Positions 1 through 10,383 are shown, counted from the stretch's first letter. The stretch is 64,000 bases of DNA from Bacillota bacterium (GCA_023391635.1 JAEWAQ010000058.1:89429-153428); one strand, 5' to 3'. Notes: generated from the sequence alone by a model not told the origin. Made by a program: numbers and translations.

Positions 1-1
1 A

Positions 2-1393
2 GGCGTCGTTGTGGAGGCGAGATCGGATTCTTTCGATTTGCAACTGCCGGATGACGTCGAATACCGATTGATCAAGGGCCAATTGATCTTTACGTTCGGC
101 GGCAGGCAAGAGGCGGTGTGGGGGTTCGACGACATCGATCCCGTGACGAAGGCGCATGCCTATCAGAGCGGGGACCGGATCAGCTGGAGGGCCTTCAAGA
201 AGCTGACGCTTCAAGAGATCGGGCCCGGCCGCATCCGGGTCGGGGGAGAGCTGAAGCATCGTCCCCGTGTGGGCAACGTGATTGCGATGCGGTTCGGGAG
301 AAGAGAGAATCCCGGCATCTTCCTGAAGGACTGCACGGACGCCCGGATCGAACAGGTGGCCATTCACCATGCGCCAGGGATGGGGCTGGTGGCGCAGCGC
401 TGCACGAATATTCAATTGCAAGCCCTGGACGTTAAGCTGCGACCGGGCACAAGCCGCGTCGTAACGGCTACGGCAGATGCGACCCATTTCACCAACTGCC
501 GCGGCCTGATTGAGATGACCCACTGCTTGTTCGAGAACCAGCTGGACGATCCGTGCAATGTCCATGGGATCTATGGGCAGATCACGGACCTGATCGCTCC
601 GGACACCTTCTTGCTCAAGCTTGTCCATGGGATGCAGAAGGGCGTCGAAATCGTGGCTGCCGGCGACCTCATCCAGTTCGTGCGTCACGATTCCTTGCTC
701 GGATTTGCGACGGCTTCCGTGCAGACGGTGGAACCGATCAGCGGCGACTATAGCATCGTTACCGTAGACAAGCTTCCGAGCGGCGTAAAGGTAGGCGATG
801 TGATCGAGAACCTGACCTGGGTTGCCGACCTGACGGTGCGCCATTGCGAGGTGAGAGCCAACCGGGCGAGAGGATTCCTGATCACGACACCGGGCAAGGT
901 GCTGCTCGAGCATAACGTAATCAGCGCGCCGGGAGCGGGGATCAAAATATCGGGAGACGCGAATTCGTGGTATGAATCGGGGGCGGTGCGGGATGTGACA
1001 ATTCGTCACAACACGTTCCTGGATTGCAATTACTGCTGCCCGGATTGGGGGAGGGCCGTGATCGATATCGATCCCGAGATCGAACGGCCGGACCTTAACG
1101 CGGCGTGCTACCATCGGAATATTCGCATCGAGAACAATGAATTCCGCACCTTCGATAGGGGGCTTGTGTACGGGCATTCCATCGACGGCTTTATATTCAA
1201 GAACAATATCGTCAGGCGGAGCGGCAGCTATCCCATGCATCGGACAATGGAATATGCGATAGAACTTCAGGCCGTTATGAACACGGAGATATCCGGCAAC
1301 GAATGGCATGACGGAGAAGCCAAGGCGCGCTTGAACGGCACCGCGTATGACTTGGGAAGAGAGGGTGGTTTTGAAAATGAAACAGGTGTGTGA
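2..1393 (+). CDS. right-handed parallel beta-helix repeat protein, putative glycoside hydrolase; 5' end probably outside the window
   Basis: The frame is open from the window edge, with no in-frame stop before the GTG at 11. Repeated beta-helix rung motifs are present (NVHGIYGQ, ARGFLITTPGKVLLEHNVISAPGAGIKISGD, VRDVTIRHNTFLDC, NIRIENNEF, FIFKNNIV). A GH110/GH28-like assignment is only a guess. Confidence 0.55.
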   Translation, partial: GVVVEARSDSFDLQLPDDVEYRLIKGQLIFTFGGRQEAVWGFDDIDPVTKAHAYQSGDRISWRAFKKLTLQEIGPGRIRVGGELKHRPRVGNVIAMRFGRRENPGIFLKDCTDARIEQVAIHHAPGMGLVAQRCTNIQLQALDVKLRPGTSRVVTATADATHFTNCRGLIEMTHCLFENQLDDPCNVHGIYGQITDLIAPDTFLLKLVHGMQKGVEIVAAGDLIQFVRHDSLLGFATASVQTVEPISGDYSIVTVDKLPSGVKVGDVIENLTWVADLTVRHCEVRANRARGFLITTPGKVLLEHNVISAPGAGIKISGDANSWYESGAVRDVTIRHNTFLDCNYCCPDWGRAVIDIDPEIERPDLNAACYHRNIRIENNEFRTFDRGLVYGHSIDGFIFKNNIVRRSGSYPMHRTMEYAIELQAVMNTEISGNEWHDGEAKARLNGTAYDLGREGGFENETGV

Positions 1394-3641
1394 ACGGGCA
1401 ACGATTACGCGAAACGGTTATTCCTGGGTGCTGGAGAACGGCGCATTGAAGGCCATCCTGACGTTCGAGAGCGGTTCGATCAAGCTGGTGAGCTTCGTCA
1501 ACAAGCTTGCAGACGCCGATTATGTGAATTCGGACGATCCCGGGTATTTATTCTATTTCGATTGCGAAGGCACGGACTTCTATTCGGATGACGGCGGCTG
1601 GACATTGGGGGAAGCGGCCGAGCATGCCATCGAGCAATATGGACGGACATGGGGCGAAGAACTGGTCCTCACCTTAACCCGAACACAGGGGCGCCGAATG
1701 CAAGTCAGAGCTGTCTTTCAAATCTACGATGAAGATGCGGGCATCAGAATGCAATGCTGGTTGAAGAACCTCGGGGACGAATGCCTGCGAATCTCCGAAT
1801 CGGACCTGATGGGCTGGAAGCTTGCCAACCGCCCTTGTGACATCCATTATGTAGAAAACAGCCTGACGTGGAAGATGACGAGGGGGAAGCTTGCGAACGG
1901 CAAGCGAAACGCGGTGGTCGTATACGATACGGGCGACGGATGGGTGCTGACGCCGGAAAACAACTACAGCACCTCCCTGCAGCCCGGGGCGTATACGGGG
2001 ACTTCCGCCCATCCTTTCCTGAAGATCGATCTGTGGGAGGATGGCGAGACGGTCAAGGTTTCCACCGATCCGCTCGCGCTGCAGGCGGTTATCCGGCCGA
2101 ATGAAGAGCTCGAATATTTGGCGGTTAACATCGAGGTGTTCCAAGGAGATGTATGGGACGCACGGCTCGCCGCGGCCAAGCATCTGCGCCGGCGGTACAA
2201 GTTCCATGACCCTTCCCGAATATTGAGCGTGAACGACTGGTTCTTCCGGGCCAAGCGCACGGAAGCTTATTATCGCGACGTGATGGTGCCGGCGCTGGTC
2301 GAGATGGGGTTCGACAAGCTGCTCATCGATGACTTGTGGAATACCCCGACCCGGGACGATACGGACGTTGTGGCCGCGTTATCGCAGGATTTGCCGAAGT
2401 TCGCCGCATGGATCCGGGAACAAGGCCTCGGGATCGGCTATTGGTTCGCGTTGACGGGAGACGAATGGGGGCTCGGCAGGGACTTGGCCGATCCGGCTCA
2501 AATCGATTTCAAGCGGCGACAGATGGAAGAAGTGCTGATCGGGCAATACTTGAGCAGCTGGCAGCAGATCGATCTGGGCGAACTCTGGAAGACGGACACG
2601 CCTACCGCGTACAGTCATCCTTCGGACTCCGTCTACCGCAAATGGCTGGGGGTCCGATCCTATATGAATCATATCGCGCATCAATATCCTTCATTCCTGA
2701 TGCAGACGACCTGCGAGCTGGAGAACCCCGTCGTCACGGACCAATCCGTCGGCCTAATGCATCTGCCGGATAACGGAATTGCGGGGTTGTTCTGGGGCGG
2801 GGTTCGAACTTATCAGAAGGATGACAAAAATTACGATCACTATCATCCGGTTCGCAACTTGTTTGGCTATTTCGGCCTGTTCCCTTCCGAAGGGATGCTG
2901 GACTTCTGGAACACTCGCACTTGGCGAGGGACGGTCGCCCAGTTCTATTCGTTCCTGGCGGGCAGGCATATTAGCATTTATGACGATCCGGGCGAATTCG
3001 ACGCCCCGACCCGCTATCGCTTGAAGCGGTTCAACGAATGGCGGAACAATGCCCGAATCAAATCTGTGCTGAATGAGATCGTCTTGCCGATTCCCCGCGC
3101 CAGCATAGGCACCGTGAACGACGACACCGATATCCATTCCTGGATGTTCAGAAGCCAGGATCGATCGCAGGCACTGATGATCGTACTCGACGAACGAAAC
3201 GACGCCTTCTCGAGCTTCTCCCAGCCCGTGAGATGGTTGAGCGAGCATAAGCGGTATTTGGTGCAGGACATTACGCTCAGCGACGAAGGCCAGTTTCAAT
3301 ATCATTTTATCGGCTTGTTTGATGGGGCGGAATTGCGTGCGAACGGTCTTGAAGTAGACGAACGGATCCAGACAACCGGCGTTCGCGCTTACTGGTTCCA
3401 GGAGCGTAACGAATGCCTGAAGCAGGTCGTGTATGCGGACGACCGCATCCACTCTTATGAGGAAGCGATGGATGATGATACGCTAAGCCTGAACGTGCAC
3501 GGAACCTCCGATGCTCGCGGCCAATTGATGGTGTACAACGGCGCGAACCGTGAAGTTCAAGTCATCGATGTGGAATGGGATGCGCCTGGTCAAACGGATG
3601 GCCCGATCTCCAAGATCCACAGCAAAGAGTTGCGGGTATAA
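1377..3641 (+). CDS. GH36-like (clan GH-D) alpha-galactosidase-type glycoside hydrolase, leaderless
   Basis: ATG 1377 has a GAGGGTGG SD 8 nt upstream, whereas the ORF-track start at 1347 has none. The protein is about 750 aa. FDKLLIDDLWNTPTRDD resembles the DDGW active-site strand of GH27/36 enzymes. No signal peptide. Confidence 0.5.
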   Translation: MKQVCERATITRNGYSWVLENGALKAILTFESGSIKLVSFVNKLADADYVNSDDPGYLFYFDCEGTDFYSDDGGWTLGEAAEHAIEQYGRTWGEELVLTLTRTQGRRMQVRAVFQIYDEDAGIRMQCWLKNLGDECLRISESDLMGWKLANRPCDIHYVENSLTWKMTRGKLANGKRNAVVVYDTGDGWVLTPENNYSTSLQPGAYTGTSAHPFLKIDLWEDGETVKVSTDPLALQAVIRPNEELEYLAVNIEVFQGDVWDARLAAAKHLRRRYKFHDPSRILSVNDWFFRAKRTEAYYRDVMVPALVEMGFDKLLIDDLWNTPTRDDTDVVAALSQDLPKFAAWIREQGLGIGYWFALTGDEWGLGRDLADPAQIDFKRRQMEEVLIGQYLSSWQQIDLGELWKTDTPTAYSHPSDSVYRKWLGVRSYMNHIAHQYPSFLMQTTCELENPVVTDQSVGLMHLPDNGIAGLFWGGVRTYQKDDKNYDHYHPVRNLFGYFGLFPSEGMLDFWNTRTWRGTVAQFYSFLAGRHISIYDDPGEFDAPTRYRLKRFNEWRNNARIKSVLNEIVLPIPRASIGTVNDDTDIHSWMFRSQDRSQALMIVLDERNDAFSSFSQPVRWLSEHKRYLVQDITLSDEGQFQYHFIGLFDGAELRANGLEVDERIQTTGVRAYWFQERNECLKQVVYADDRIHSYEEAMDDDTLSLNVHGTSDARGQLMVYNGANREVQVIDVEWDAPGQTDGPISKIHSKELRV

Positions 3642-3642
3642 G

Positions 3643-5217
3643 ATGGAGACGAGCGCCGAAACGCGATTGGCGATAGCTCCGCTGTTTACGGACGGGATGG
3701 TGCTGCAGCGGGGCAAACCGCTCGCCGTGTGGGGAACCGGACCGGAAGGCGGGCAGGTAAGCGTCGGATTGGTCGGGCAATCCGCCCGGACGGTTGTCCG
3801 GCATAGGGAGTGGCGGGTTGATCTTGCGCCTATGGAAGCGGGCGGACCCTATCACTTGGAGGTACGCTGCGATGTGGCGGCAGCAGCCATACGGATTCGG
3901 GACGTATTGGTCGGAGAAGTATGGCTGGCGGCGGGCCAATCCAACATGGTGCAGCCGCTGCTCGTCACCGAAGGAGGCGTGCAGGCGTCGTCCCGTGCTT
4001 GCGATCCCGGCATTCGCTTCTTCACCGTACCGCGCAGGCCGTTTCCGAACGCGCAGGTGCCGGGCTGGGACTTTATTGGCACAATGTCCAGCGATGCCGC
4101 CTGGCAGACTTGCGCGCCGGAGACGGCGTTGTCATTCTCCGCGATCGGCTTTCACTTTGCGGACATCCTCCGTCCGGCGCTCGACGTACCTGTCGGCATC
4201 ATCAGCTGCAACTGGGGCGCGACGCCGGCACAAGCCTGGATGAGCGAGCGTCATCTGGAGCAGGACCCGATGCTGCGGCCGCTGCTCGCGAATTATCGCC
4301 TATATGAGGAGAAGCTTGATCTTACGGTCTATGAGCAGGCGCATGACCGATATATCGAAGCCATGCATCGTTTGATCGCCGAGCGGGGAGACATTGAGCG
4401 CAAAGTCCGGGAGCTGGGGCTGTCCGGCTATCGGAAATGGGTGACCGACCATCCTCTCGTATGGCCGGATCAGCCTTACGGTCCGAAGCATCCCGAGAGG
4501 CCGTGCGGGCTGTATGATACGATGCTGTGCACGATTATTCCTTATTCCATTCGGGGCGTGCTGTGGTACCAGGGCGAAAATCATGCGATGAGGCCGTCGG
4601 AAGCCTCGCTCTACCGGCATTTGCTGGAAGGTTTGATCGCGGGTTGGCGCGAGGATTGGCGCGATCCGTCGCTGCCGTTCCTCATCGTACAGCTGCCCGG
4701 ATACGAGCCGCAGCTGGATCCGAATGGCGACGGGTGGTCGCTCATCCGTGAAGCGCAGCAGGAGACAGTCGCTCGAACGCCGAATACGGCGCTGATCGCG
4801 ACGCTCGATTGCGGAGAGTGCGGCGATATTCACCCGGTCGATAAGCGCACGGTAGCGGAACGGCTGACGCTTGCCGCAAGATGCGTGGCTTACGGGGAGC
4901 CCGTCCGCTTCGAAGGCCCGCGTTTCCTTCCGGTTGCGGAGTATCACGGACATTCGGCATGGCTGCGATTCGATCCGCGCGGGGAGCCGCCTACGGTTAC
5001 GGACGGCTGCCTAAGCGGGTTTGAAGTTTGCGGCGCCGACGGGATCTATTATCCGGCAGAAGCGCGGTTCGCGGGGAGCTCGGATGGCATTGCGGTCGAA
5101 GTTTCCTGCAAGCAAGTGCCGCAGCCGACCGCTGTCCGTTACGCTTGGGGCAATATGCCGGAGTGGAGCATAGCGGGAATGAACGGAATCCCCGCCGCTC
5201 CCCAGGTTTTCGTTTAG
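3643..5217 (+). CDS. sialate O-acetylesterase-like (SASA/DUF303-type) carbohydrate esterase, leaderless
   Basis: VWLAAGQSNM nucleophile motif and the GVLWYQGENH block. ATG 3643 lies 2 nt after the upstream TAA; the ORF-track 5' extension overlaps the previous gene. Confidence 0.7.
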   Translation: METSAETRLAIAPLFTDGMVLQRGKPLAVWGTGPEGGQVSVGLVGQSARTVVRHREWRVDLAPMEAGGPYHLEVRCDVAAAAIRIRDVLVGEVWLAAGQSNMVQPLLVTEGGVQASSRACDPGIRFFTVPRRPFPNAQVPGWDFIGTMSSDAAWQTCAPETALSFSAIGFHFADILRPALDVPVGIISCNWGATPAQAWMSERHLEQDPMLRPLLANYRLYEEKLDLTVYEQAHDRYIEAMHRLIAERGDIERKVRELGLSGYRKWVTDHPLVWPDQPYGPKHPERPCGLYDTMLCTIIPYSIRGVLWYQGENHAMRPSEASLYRHLLEGLIAGWREDWRDPSLPFLIVQLPGYEPQLDPNGDGWSLIREAQQETVARTPNTALIATLDCGECGDIHPVDKRTVAERLTLAARCVAYGEPVRFEGPRFLPVAEYHGHSAWLRFDPRGEPPTVTDGCLSGFEVCGADGIYYPAEARFAGSSDGIAVEVSCKQVPQPTAVRYAWGNMPEWSIAGMNGIPAAPQVFV

Positions 5218-5306
5218 ATCGGATCGCTTCGAACGGTCCTGCCATCGCCGTGTTCGAAATATGCCGACTGTCAGTATACAATGGGATAGCGGGGGGTGGC
5301 TGGCAG

Positions 5307-7109
5307 ATGCGGATAAGAAAGCCCCAATTCAAGCTGAAAACGAAATTGCTGCTGCTCTATTTTCTGACCATCTTCATTCCGCTGTTGGTGACGGGTCAAA
5401 TTATTTTGTCCGTATCGGGCAGCAAAATTATCGAACAGACGACGAATATCACGCAAGACAGCTCGCGGCAGGCGGCGACGAACATTCAAACCTTGTTGAA
5501 TGAGTATATCGATATCGTCAATCGCTTAAGCTTCGACCAGACGTTGAACAACTACTTGAACCCGGAGCGGGTGTACAAAGACGAACTGGAGAGCATCGAC
5601 GCTTACTCGCTCTATTTGAAGCCCGTCACGTTCTACGATTTCAACTATAAAGAGACGTCGGCCAAGCTGCGCATTTATTTCTTGAACACCACGCTGCTCC
5701 AGGACCTGGAGACGTTCATTCATGCCGATCCGGAAATTCAGAGCCTGAAGGTCTACAAGGAAGCCATTGCCGGCAAGGGAGATCTGGTCTGGGGAAGGAA
5801 CGACAATATCATCTACCTGGCCAGGAGCATGTCCAACAGCAACGGGATGCTGTCTGCGGTCCTCTCTGTTCAAATATCGGTGAATCGCCTGCATTCATTA
5901 ATCATGGAACGCGGCGAGAGCGAGAGCATGACCTTCATCGTCGATCCGGAGGGCCGCATCATTACGGCCAATACGACCGATTATGAGAATCTCGCGTCGA
6001 ACGATGAGCTCTTCTCCAGACCGGAAGCGGAAACCTCGTTCGACATTCAGGATCAGGCAACAGGCCGATCGTACAAGGTGCTGGTGGAGAAGATCGGTAA
6101 CGCCAGCTTCTATCCGGATTGGCGGTTGTACACCCTCATTCCGCTGGACCGGCTCATCAACGAGGAACGGCAGATCCGCAATTTGGGGCTGATCGTGATC
6201 GCGGCAGGGCTGCTGCTCTCGTTCGGCATATCGATGCTGACGCTCGATCGAATTACTTCGCGGGTGAAAGCTTTGGTCAAGCAGATGCAGGTCGTGAAGA
6301 ACGGAAACTTGGCCAAACTGGAGGATAAAGGATCATCCGACGAGATCGGGGCTTTGACGAAGAACTTCAACGTGATGATCGAAAGCTTGCAGCAATCCCA
6401 CTACGAGAATTATGAAGTGAACCTGAAGCTGAAGGACATTACGATCAAGAAGCAGGAAGCGGAGCTGTACGCGCTGCAAAGTCAGATCAATCCTCACTTT
6501 CTGTTCAATACGTTGGAATCGATTCGGATGGGATTGCATAACAAGGGCGATACGGAGACGTCTGTCATCGTGCTCAACCTGTCCAAGCTGTTCCGCAGCA
6601 TGTTGAATTGGCAAGGCGAGTTCATTACTCTGCGGGAAGAGATCGAGCTGGCGAAAGAATATTTGAGCATTCAGAAGTATCGATTCGCGGACAAGCTGAA
6701 TTACGTCATCTCGCTCCCGAAGGAACTGGAGAATGCGTACATTCCCAAGCTTACGCTGCAGCCGATCGTGGAAAATGCCGTGAAGCACGGGATCGAGGAG
6801 ATATCCAGAGATGGGATGATTCAAGTAGCCGTACAGGCTGACGGCCCCGACAGGATGGAAATCCGGGTAGAGGACAACGGAATCGGCTTTGCCCCTGCAA
6901 CGCTTCGCCGCATACAGGAAGAGCTTCTATCTCATGATATGAAGAAGAGCGGCAGCATCGGGCTGAAGAACGTCCATGATCGTCTCGTGCTGCATTTCGG
7001 CGATAGCTGCGGCATTCACCTGGAGAGCGATTCGGAGGGGACGCGAGTACGGATCAAGCTGCCTATCATTTACGACAGCAAGACGAAATTAGGTGAACAG
7101 GATGTTTAG
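5307..7109 (+). CDS. YesM-type sensor histidine kinase (2 TM, HAMP, His_kinase, HATPase_c)
   Basis: ATG 5307 follows a GGGGGGTGG SD. N-terminal TM helix (LLLLYFLTIFIPLLV) and second TM plus HAMP. LQSQINPHFLFNTL H-box of the LytS/YesM type. VEDNGIGF ATPase block. Confidence 0.85.
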   Translation: MRIRKPQFKLKTKLLLLYFLTIFIPLLVTGQIILSVSGSKIIEQTTNITQDSSRQAATNIQTLLNEYIDIVNRLSFDQTLNNYLNPERVYKDELESIDAYSLYLKPVTFYDFNYKETSAKLRIYFLNTTLLQDLETFIHADPEIQSLKVYKEAIAGKGDLVWGRNDNIIYLARSMSNSNGMLSAVLSVQISVNRLHSLIMERGESESMTFIVDPEGRIITANTTDYENLASNDELFSRPEAETSFDIQDQATGRSYKVLVEKIGNASFYPDWRLYTLIPLDRLINEERQIRNLGLIVIAAGLLLSFGISMLTLDRITSRVKALVKQMQVVKNGNLAKLEDKGSSDEIGALTKNFNVMIESLQQSHYENYEVNLKLKDITIKKQEAELYALQSQINPHFLFNTLESIRMGLHNKGDTETSVIVLNLSKLFRSMLNWQGEFITLREEIELAKEYLSIQKYRFADKLNYVISLPKELENAYIPKLTLQPIVENAVKHGIEEISRDGMIQVAVQADGPDRMEIRVEDNGIGFAPATLRRIQEELLSHDMKKSGSIGLKNVHDRLVLHFGDSCGIHLESDSEGTRVRIKLPIIYDSKTKLGEQDV

Positions 7110-8304
7110 AGCCATTATCGTGGACGACGAACCGCAAATTCGCAAAGGGCTGCGAACGATCATTTCCTGGGAAACGGCCGGTTTCGTCATCATTGGCGAA
7201 GCGGCAGACGGCGATGAAGCGCTAAGCTTGATTGCGCGGCAACCGCCCGACCTTGTCATTACGGATGTCAAAATGCCGCATAAGGACGGAATCGAGCTGT
7301 CCAGACAAATTCAACGGAAGTATCCGGATATCGCGGTCTTGATCTTAAGCGGGTACAATCAGTTTACTTATGCGAAGGAAGCGATGAAGTACGGTGTCGT
7401 GGATTACATTCTGAAGCCGGTCGATCCCGAGGAGCTGATGGGTATTCTGGGGCAGCTGTACAGGAAGCTGTCGCATTCCGTGCAGCTTAAGCTGGAAAAT
7501 CGGCAAGTCGTCAAGACGATGAAAAACGCCTTGTTCGGCAAGTTGATTCGCGGTGAATTAACCGCGAAGCCTTATGAAGCGGCGGCAGCGGTCGGGGTAG
7601 AGCTGCGAAATACGGATGTCTATCGCATGATCGCCATCTCCGTGGATCGCTATGATGAAATCCTGTCTGTATCCGGCGAAGAGCTCGCGTTGAAGCGATT
7701 TGCCATCGAGAATGTCATTGGAGAATTGATCGGCAGCCGCGGCTATTTATTCGAAATTTCGGAGAGGTGCTACGGCTGTCTGGCGGTTGAATCCGCAGCC
7801 GACCACGAAGCGGACGGCGATCTTTTTCGTCTTGCCGACCGTATGGCGGATGCCATTCAACGCTATGTGAAAGAGCCTGCCTCTGTAGGTGTAGGCTCCG
7901 CCGTGACGGGGATCGAGCAAATTCAGGAATCGTGCCTGGAAGCGCTGCAGATGGCGGAGTATCGGCGGCGGGGGCTCGGCGATCCCGAGAAGCGGATTCG
8001 CGCAGCCGTGGAATACGTGGACAGCCACTACAAGAACGATCTGAATTTGAAGGGAATGGCGCGGCTGTTTCATTATAACGCTGTCTATTTCGGGCAGCTG
8101 TTCAAGAAGGAAACCGACTATTATTTTAACGATTACTTGAATCAAGTCCGCATCACGCATGCTTGCAGGATGCTCGAGCAGACCGATCTTTCGGCGTCTG
8201 AAATTTCGGAGCGGGTCGGTTATAAGTATGTCGATCATTTCTACCGCCATTTTAAGCTCATCAAAGGCATGACGCCGGGCAAATACCGCGAAACCGGGAA
8301 ATGA
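7102..8304 (+). CDS. YesN-type response regulator with C-terminal AraC HTH
   Basis: Receiver motifs (AIIVDDE, DLVITDVKMP, LKP) and a C-terminal AraC-type HTH (SASEISERVGYKYVDHFYRHFKLIKGMTPGKYR). ATG 7102 overlaps the kinase stop; GTG 7093 is an alternative start. Confidence 0.85.
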   Translation: MFRAIIVDDEPQIRKGLRTIISWETAGFVIIGEAADGDEALSLIARQPPDLVITDVKMPHKDGIELSRQIQRKYPDIAVLILSGYNQFTYAKEAMKYGVVDYILKPVDPEELMGILGQLYRKLSHSVQLKLENRQVVKTMKNALFGKLIRGELTAKPYEAAAAVGVELRNTDVYRMIAISVDRYDEILSVSGEELALKRFAIENVIGELIGSRGYLFEISERCYGCLAVESAADHEADGDLFRLADRMADAIQRYVKEPASVGVGSAVTGIEQIQESCLEALQMAEYRRRGLGDPEKRIRAAVEYVDSHYKNDLNLKGMARLFHYNAVYFGQLFKKETDYYFNDYLNQVRITHACRMLEQTDLSASEISERVGYKYVDHFYRHFKLIKGMTPGKYRETGK

Positions 8305-8470
8305 CGGCGATCGAGGACGCTTTGCTTGTATTTCTGAAGAAGAGGCCGCCCTGTTGCGCATCCTCGAAATAAATCCAACTTCCAGCCCGTCTTTGGCCGT
8401 CCGGCCCGAGGCGGGCTTTTGCTGTCCCGGGCAATCGCCTGCATCGCACAACCATGCCCCTCTCCTCCCA

Positions 8471-8575
8471 CGCCGCACGGCAGCAGACTCGCACCGCACG
8501 ACAGCAAACCTGCACCACACAACAGCAGGCTCTCACCGCACGGCAGCAAACCCACACCGCACGGCAGCAAACCCG
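8471..8575. repeat. five head-to-tail 21-bp tandem repeats (consensus CACCGCACGGCAGCAAACCCN)
   Basis: Hand-aligned units at 8471, 8492, 8513, 8534 and 8555. Units 4 and 5 differ by 1 nt; unit 3 is the most diverged. The array is intergenic, between the response regulator and the ABC permease. Confidence 0.85.
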
Positions 8576-8588
8576 CATTGCGGGTTTT
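8569..8588 (+). terminator. short hairpin at the end of the repeat array (AAACCCGC-ATTG-GCGGGTTT)
   Basis: 8-bp perfect stem and 4-nt loop. The T-run is partly inside the stem. It could terminate the response-regulator transcript. Confidence 0.35.
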
Positions 8589-8665
8589 GACACTTTTCTG
8601 AGCGGATTTGCGTGTGTGTTCCCTCGCGGGAATCGGATACGATTCATAAGGAAGGGGGTGAGTCG

Positions 8666-9550
8666 ATGCGGATGCGGCAACAATGGCGCGAATGGGGGTA
8701 CCATCTCTATATGGTAGGCCCCGCAATAATCTGTTTGCTGGTTGTGATCATGGTTCCTTTTGCCATGGGGGGATACTACTCGCTTACGTCCTGGAACGGC
8801 ATCAGCGGCGAGAAAAGCTGGGTCGGCTGGGACAATTACATCCGAATCTTTACGGAAGACGTTCAGTTCTTCAACTCGTTCAAGTTTACGCTGCAGTTCA
8901 CCGCCGTTTCCCTGGTGCTGACCAACCTGCTGGCCTTCGTGCTGGCGCTGGGACTGACGCAGGCGCTCAAGACGGTAAGCCTGCTGCGCGCTTCCTTCTT
9001 CGTGCCGAACGTGCTGGGCGGGATCTTGCTGGGATTTATATGGCGATTTATTTTCACCAACGTATTCGCCGACATCGGCGAACAGACCGGGATCGGATTG
9101 TTCGGCCTGCAATGGCTCGGCACCTCGTCAACGGGCTTCTGGGCGATGATCATCGTGTACGGCTGGCTCATCACCGGTTATTTGATGATTATTTACGTCA
9201 CGGCGCTGCAAGGGCTGGACCCGTCGATCCTGGAAGCGGCCAAGATCGACGGCACATCGTACATGCAATCGCTGTTCCGTATTGTGCTGCCGCTTGTCGT
9301 GCCGGCGTTCACCATCTGCCTGTTTCTGTCGCTGTCCATCGCGTTCAAGGTGTTCGATCTCAATCTGGCGTTGACCAATGGCGGTCCGTTCAACTCCACG
9401 CAGATGGTAGCGCACAATATTTATGCCGAAGCGTTCCAGAAGAACAGGTTCGGGCTTGGCAGCGCGAAGGCTTTCCTCTTCTTCGTCGCCGTTGCCTTGC
9501 TGTCGCTTGCGCAAGTGATGTTCACGAGAAAAAGGGAGGTGAGCCTGTGA
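8666..9550 (+). CDS. CUT1 sugar ABC transporter permease (MalF/UgpA-like)
   Basis: ATG 8666 follows a GGAAGGGGGTGA SD. Multiple TM segments and the EAA loop (EAAKIDGTSYMQSLFRIVLPL). Confidence 0.85.
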   Translation: MRMRQQWREWGYHLYMVGPAIICLLVVIMVPFAMGGYYSLTSWNGISGEKSWVGWDNYIRIFTEDVQFFNSFKFTLQFTAVSLVLTNLLAFVLALGLTQALKTVSLLRASFFVPNVLGGILLGFIWRFIFTNVFADIGEQTGIGLFGLQWLGTSSTGFWAMIIVYGWLITGYLMIIYVTALQGLDPSILEAAKIDGTSYMQSLFRIVLPLVVPAFTICLFLSLSIAFKVFDLNLALTNGGPFNSTQMVAHNIYAEAFQKNRFGLGSAKAFLFFVAVALLSLAQVMFTRKREVSL

Positions 9551-10383
9551 CCGTCCTGCGGCGCTTCCCCGCCAGATTGCTGTTGCTGGAACTGCTGCTC
9601 CTGCTGCTGGCGCTGTTGTTCTTGTACCCGTTCTACCTGATCGCGATCAATTCCTTCAAAAGCTTCGATCAAATTATGCTCGATACGATCGGCTGGCCTG
9701 ACCGCATTTCGTGGGAAAATTACGCCAAGGCATGGGTCGCGACCAACTTTCCCAGGGTGCTGCTCAATTCGACGCTCATTACTGTGCTGTCCCTTGCCGG
9801 ACTGGTCGTGATCGCCTCCATGGCGGCATGGCGCCTGACGCGTTATCCGGGCCGATGGAGCCATATGCTGTTTCTCCTGTTCGTGTCCGCCATGATCATC
9901 CCGTTCCAGTCGATCATGCTGCCACTGGTCGAAGTAGGCAAGCGGCTTGGCCTGATGGACAGCATCGCAGGACTTGTATTCATGTACTTTGGCTTCTGCA
10001 TATCGCTAAGCGTCTTTCTGTTCAGCGGCTTCGTCAAGTCCATCCCGGCCGAAGTGGAGGAAGCGGGGTATATCGACGGATGCACGACGCACACTTTGTA
10101 CTGGAGAATCGTATTTCCTTTGTTGAAGCCGGTCACGGCGACGGTGCTGATCCTGAACGGGCTGCACATCTGGAACGACTTTCTGATGCCGCTGTTGATG
10201 CTGCGGAGCAAGGAGCTTCACACCATTCCGATCGCGACGTTCTCGTTCTTCTCCCAATACGAGCGAAGATGGGACATGGCGCTGCCGATGCTGGTCATGT
10301 CGCTCATGCCGATGCTGGTCTTCTTCCTCTTCACGCAGAAGTATATGATCAAGGGGGTGATGTCCGGCTCCATTAAAGGGTAA
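9547..10383 (+). CDS. CUT1 sugar ABC transporter permease (MalG/UgpE-like)
   Basis: GTG 9547 overlaps the upstream TGA (GTGA), with an AAAGGGAGG SD. EAA loop (EEAGYIDGCTTHTLYWRIVFPLLKP). Confidence 0.8.
   Translation: MTVLRRFPARLLLLELLLLLLALLFLYPFYLIAINSFKSFDQIMLDTIGWPDRISWENYAKAWVATNFPRVLLNSTLITVLSLAGLVVIASMAAWRLTRYPGRWSHMLFLLFVSAMIIPFQSIMLPLVEVGKRLGLMDSIAGLVFMYFGFCISLSVFLFSGFVKSIPAEVEEAGYIDGCTTHTLYWRIVFPLLKPVTATVLILNGLHIWNDFLMPLLMLRSKELHTIPIATFSFFSQYERRWDMALPMLVMSLMPMLVFFLFTQKYMIKGVMSGSIKG

Noticed and set aside
8471-8575. Possible CRISPR array.
   Set aside because: The repeats are directly abutting with no spacers, the unit is only 21 bp, and no cas genes are in the window.
8241-9112. 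Minus-strand ORFs reading through the 21-bp repeats as Cys-rich heptads (CCRAVWVCCRAVRACC...), and the + strand ORF 8419-8601 reading them as PHGSKPT repeats.
   Set aside because: The periodic peptide is an automatic consequence of translating a 21-bp DNA repeat. The ORFs overlap the real permease gene, and there is no start context. The repeat is better explained at the DNA level.
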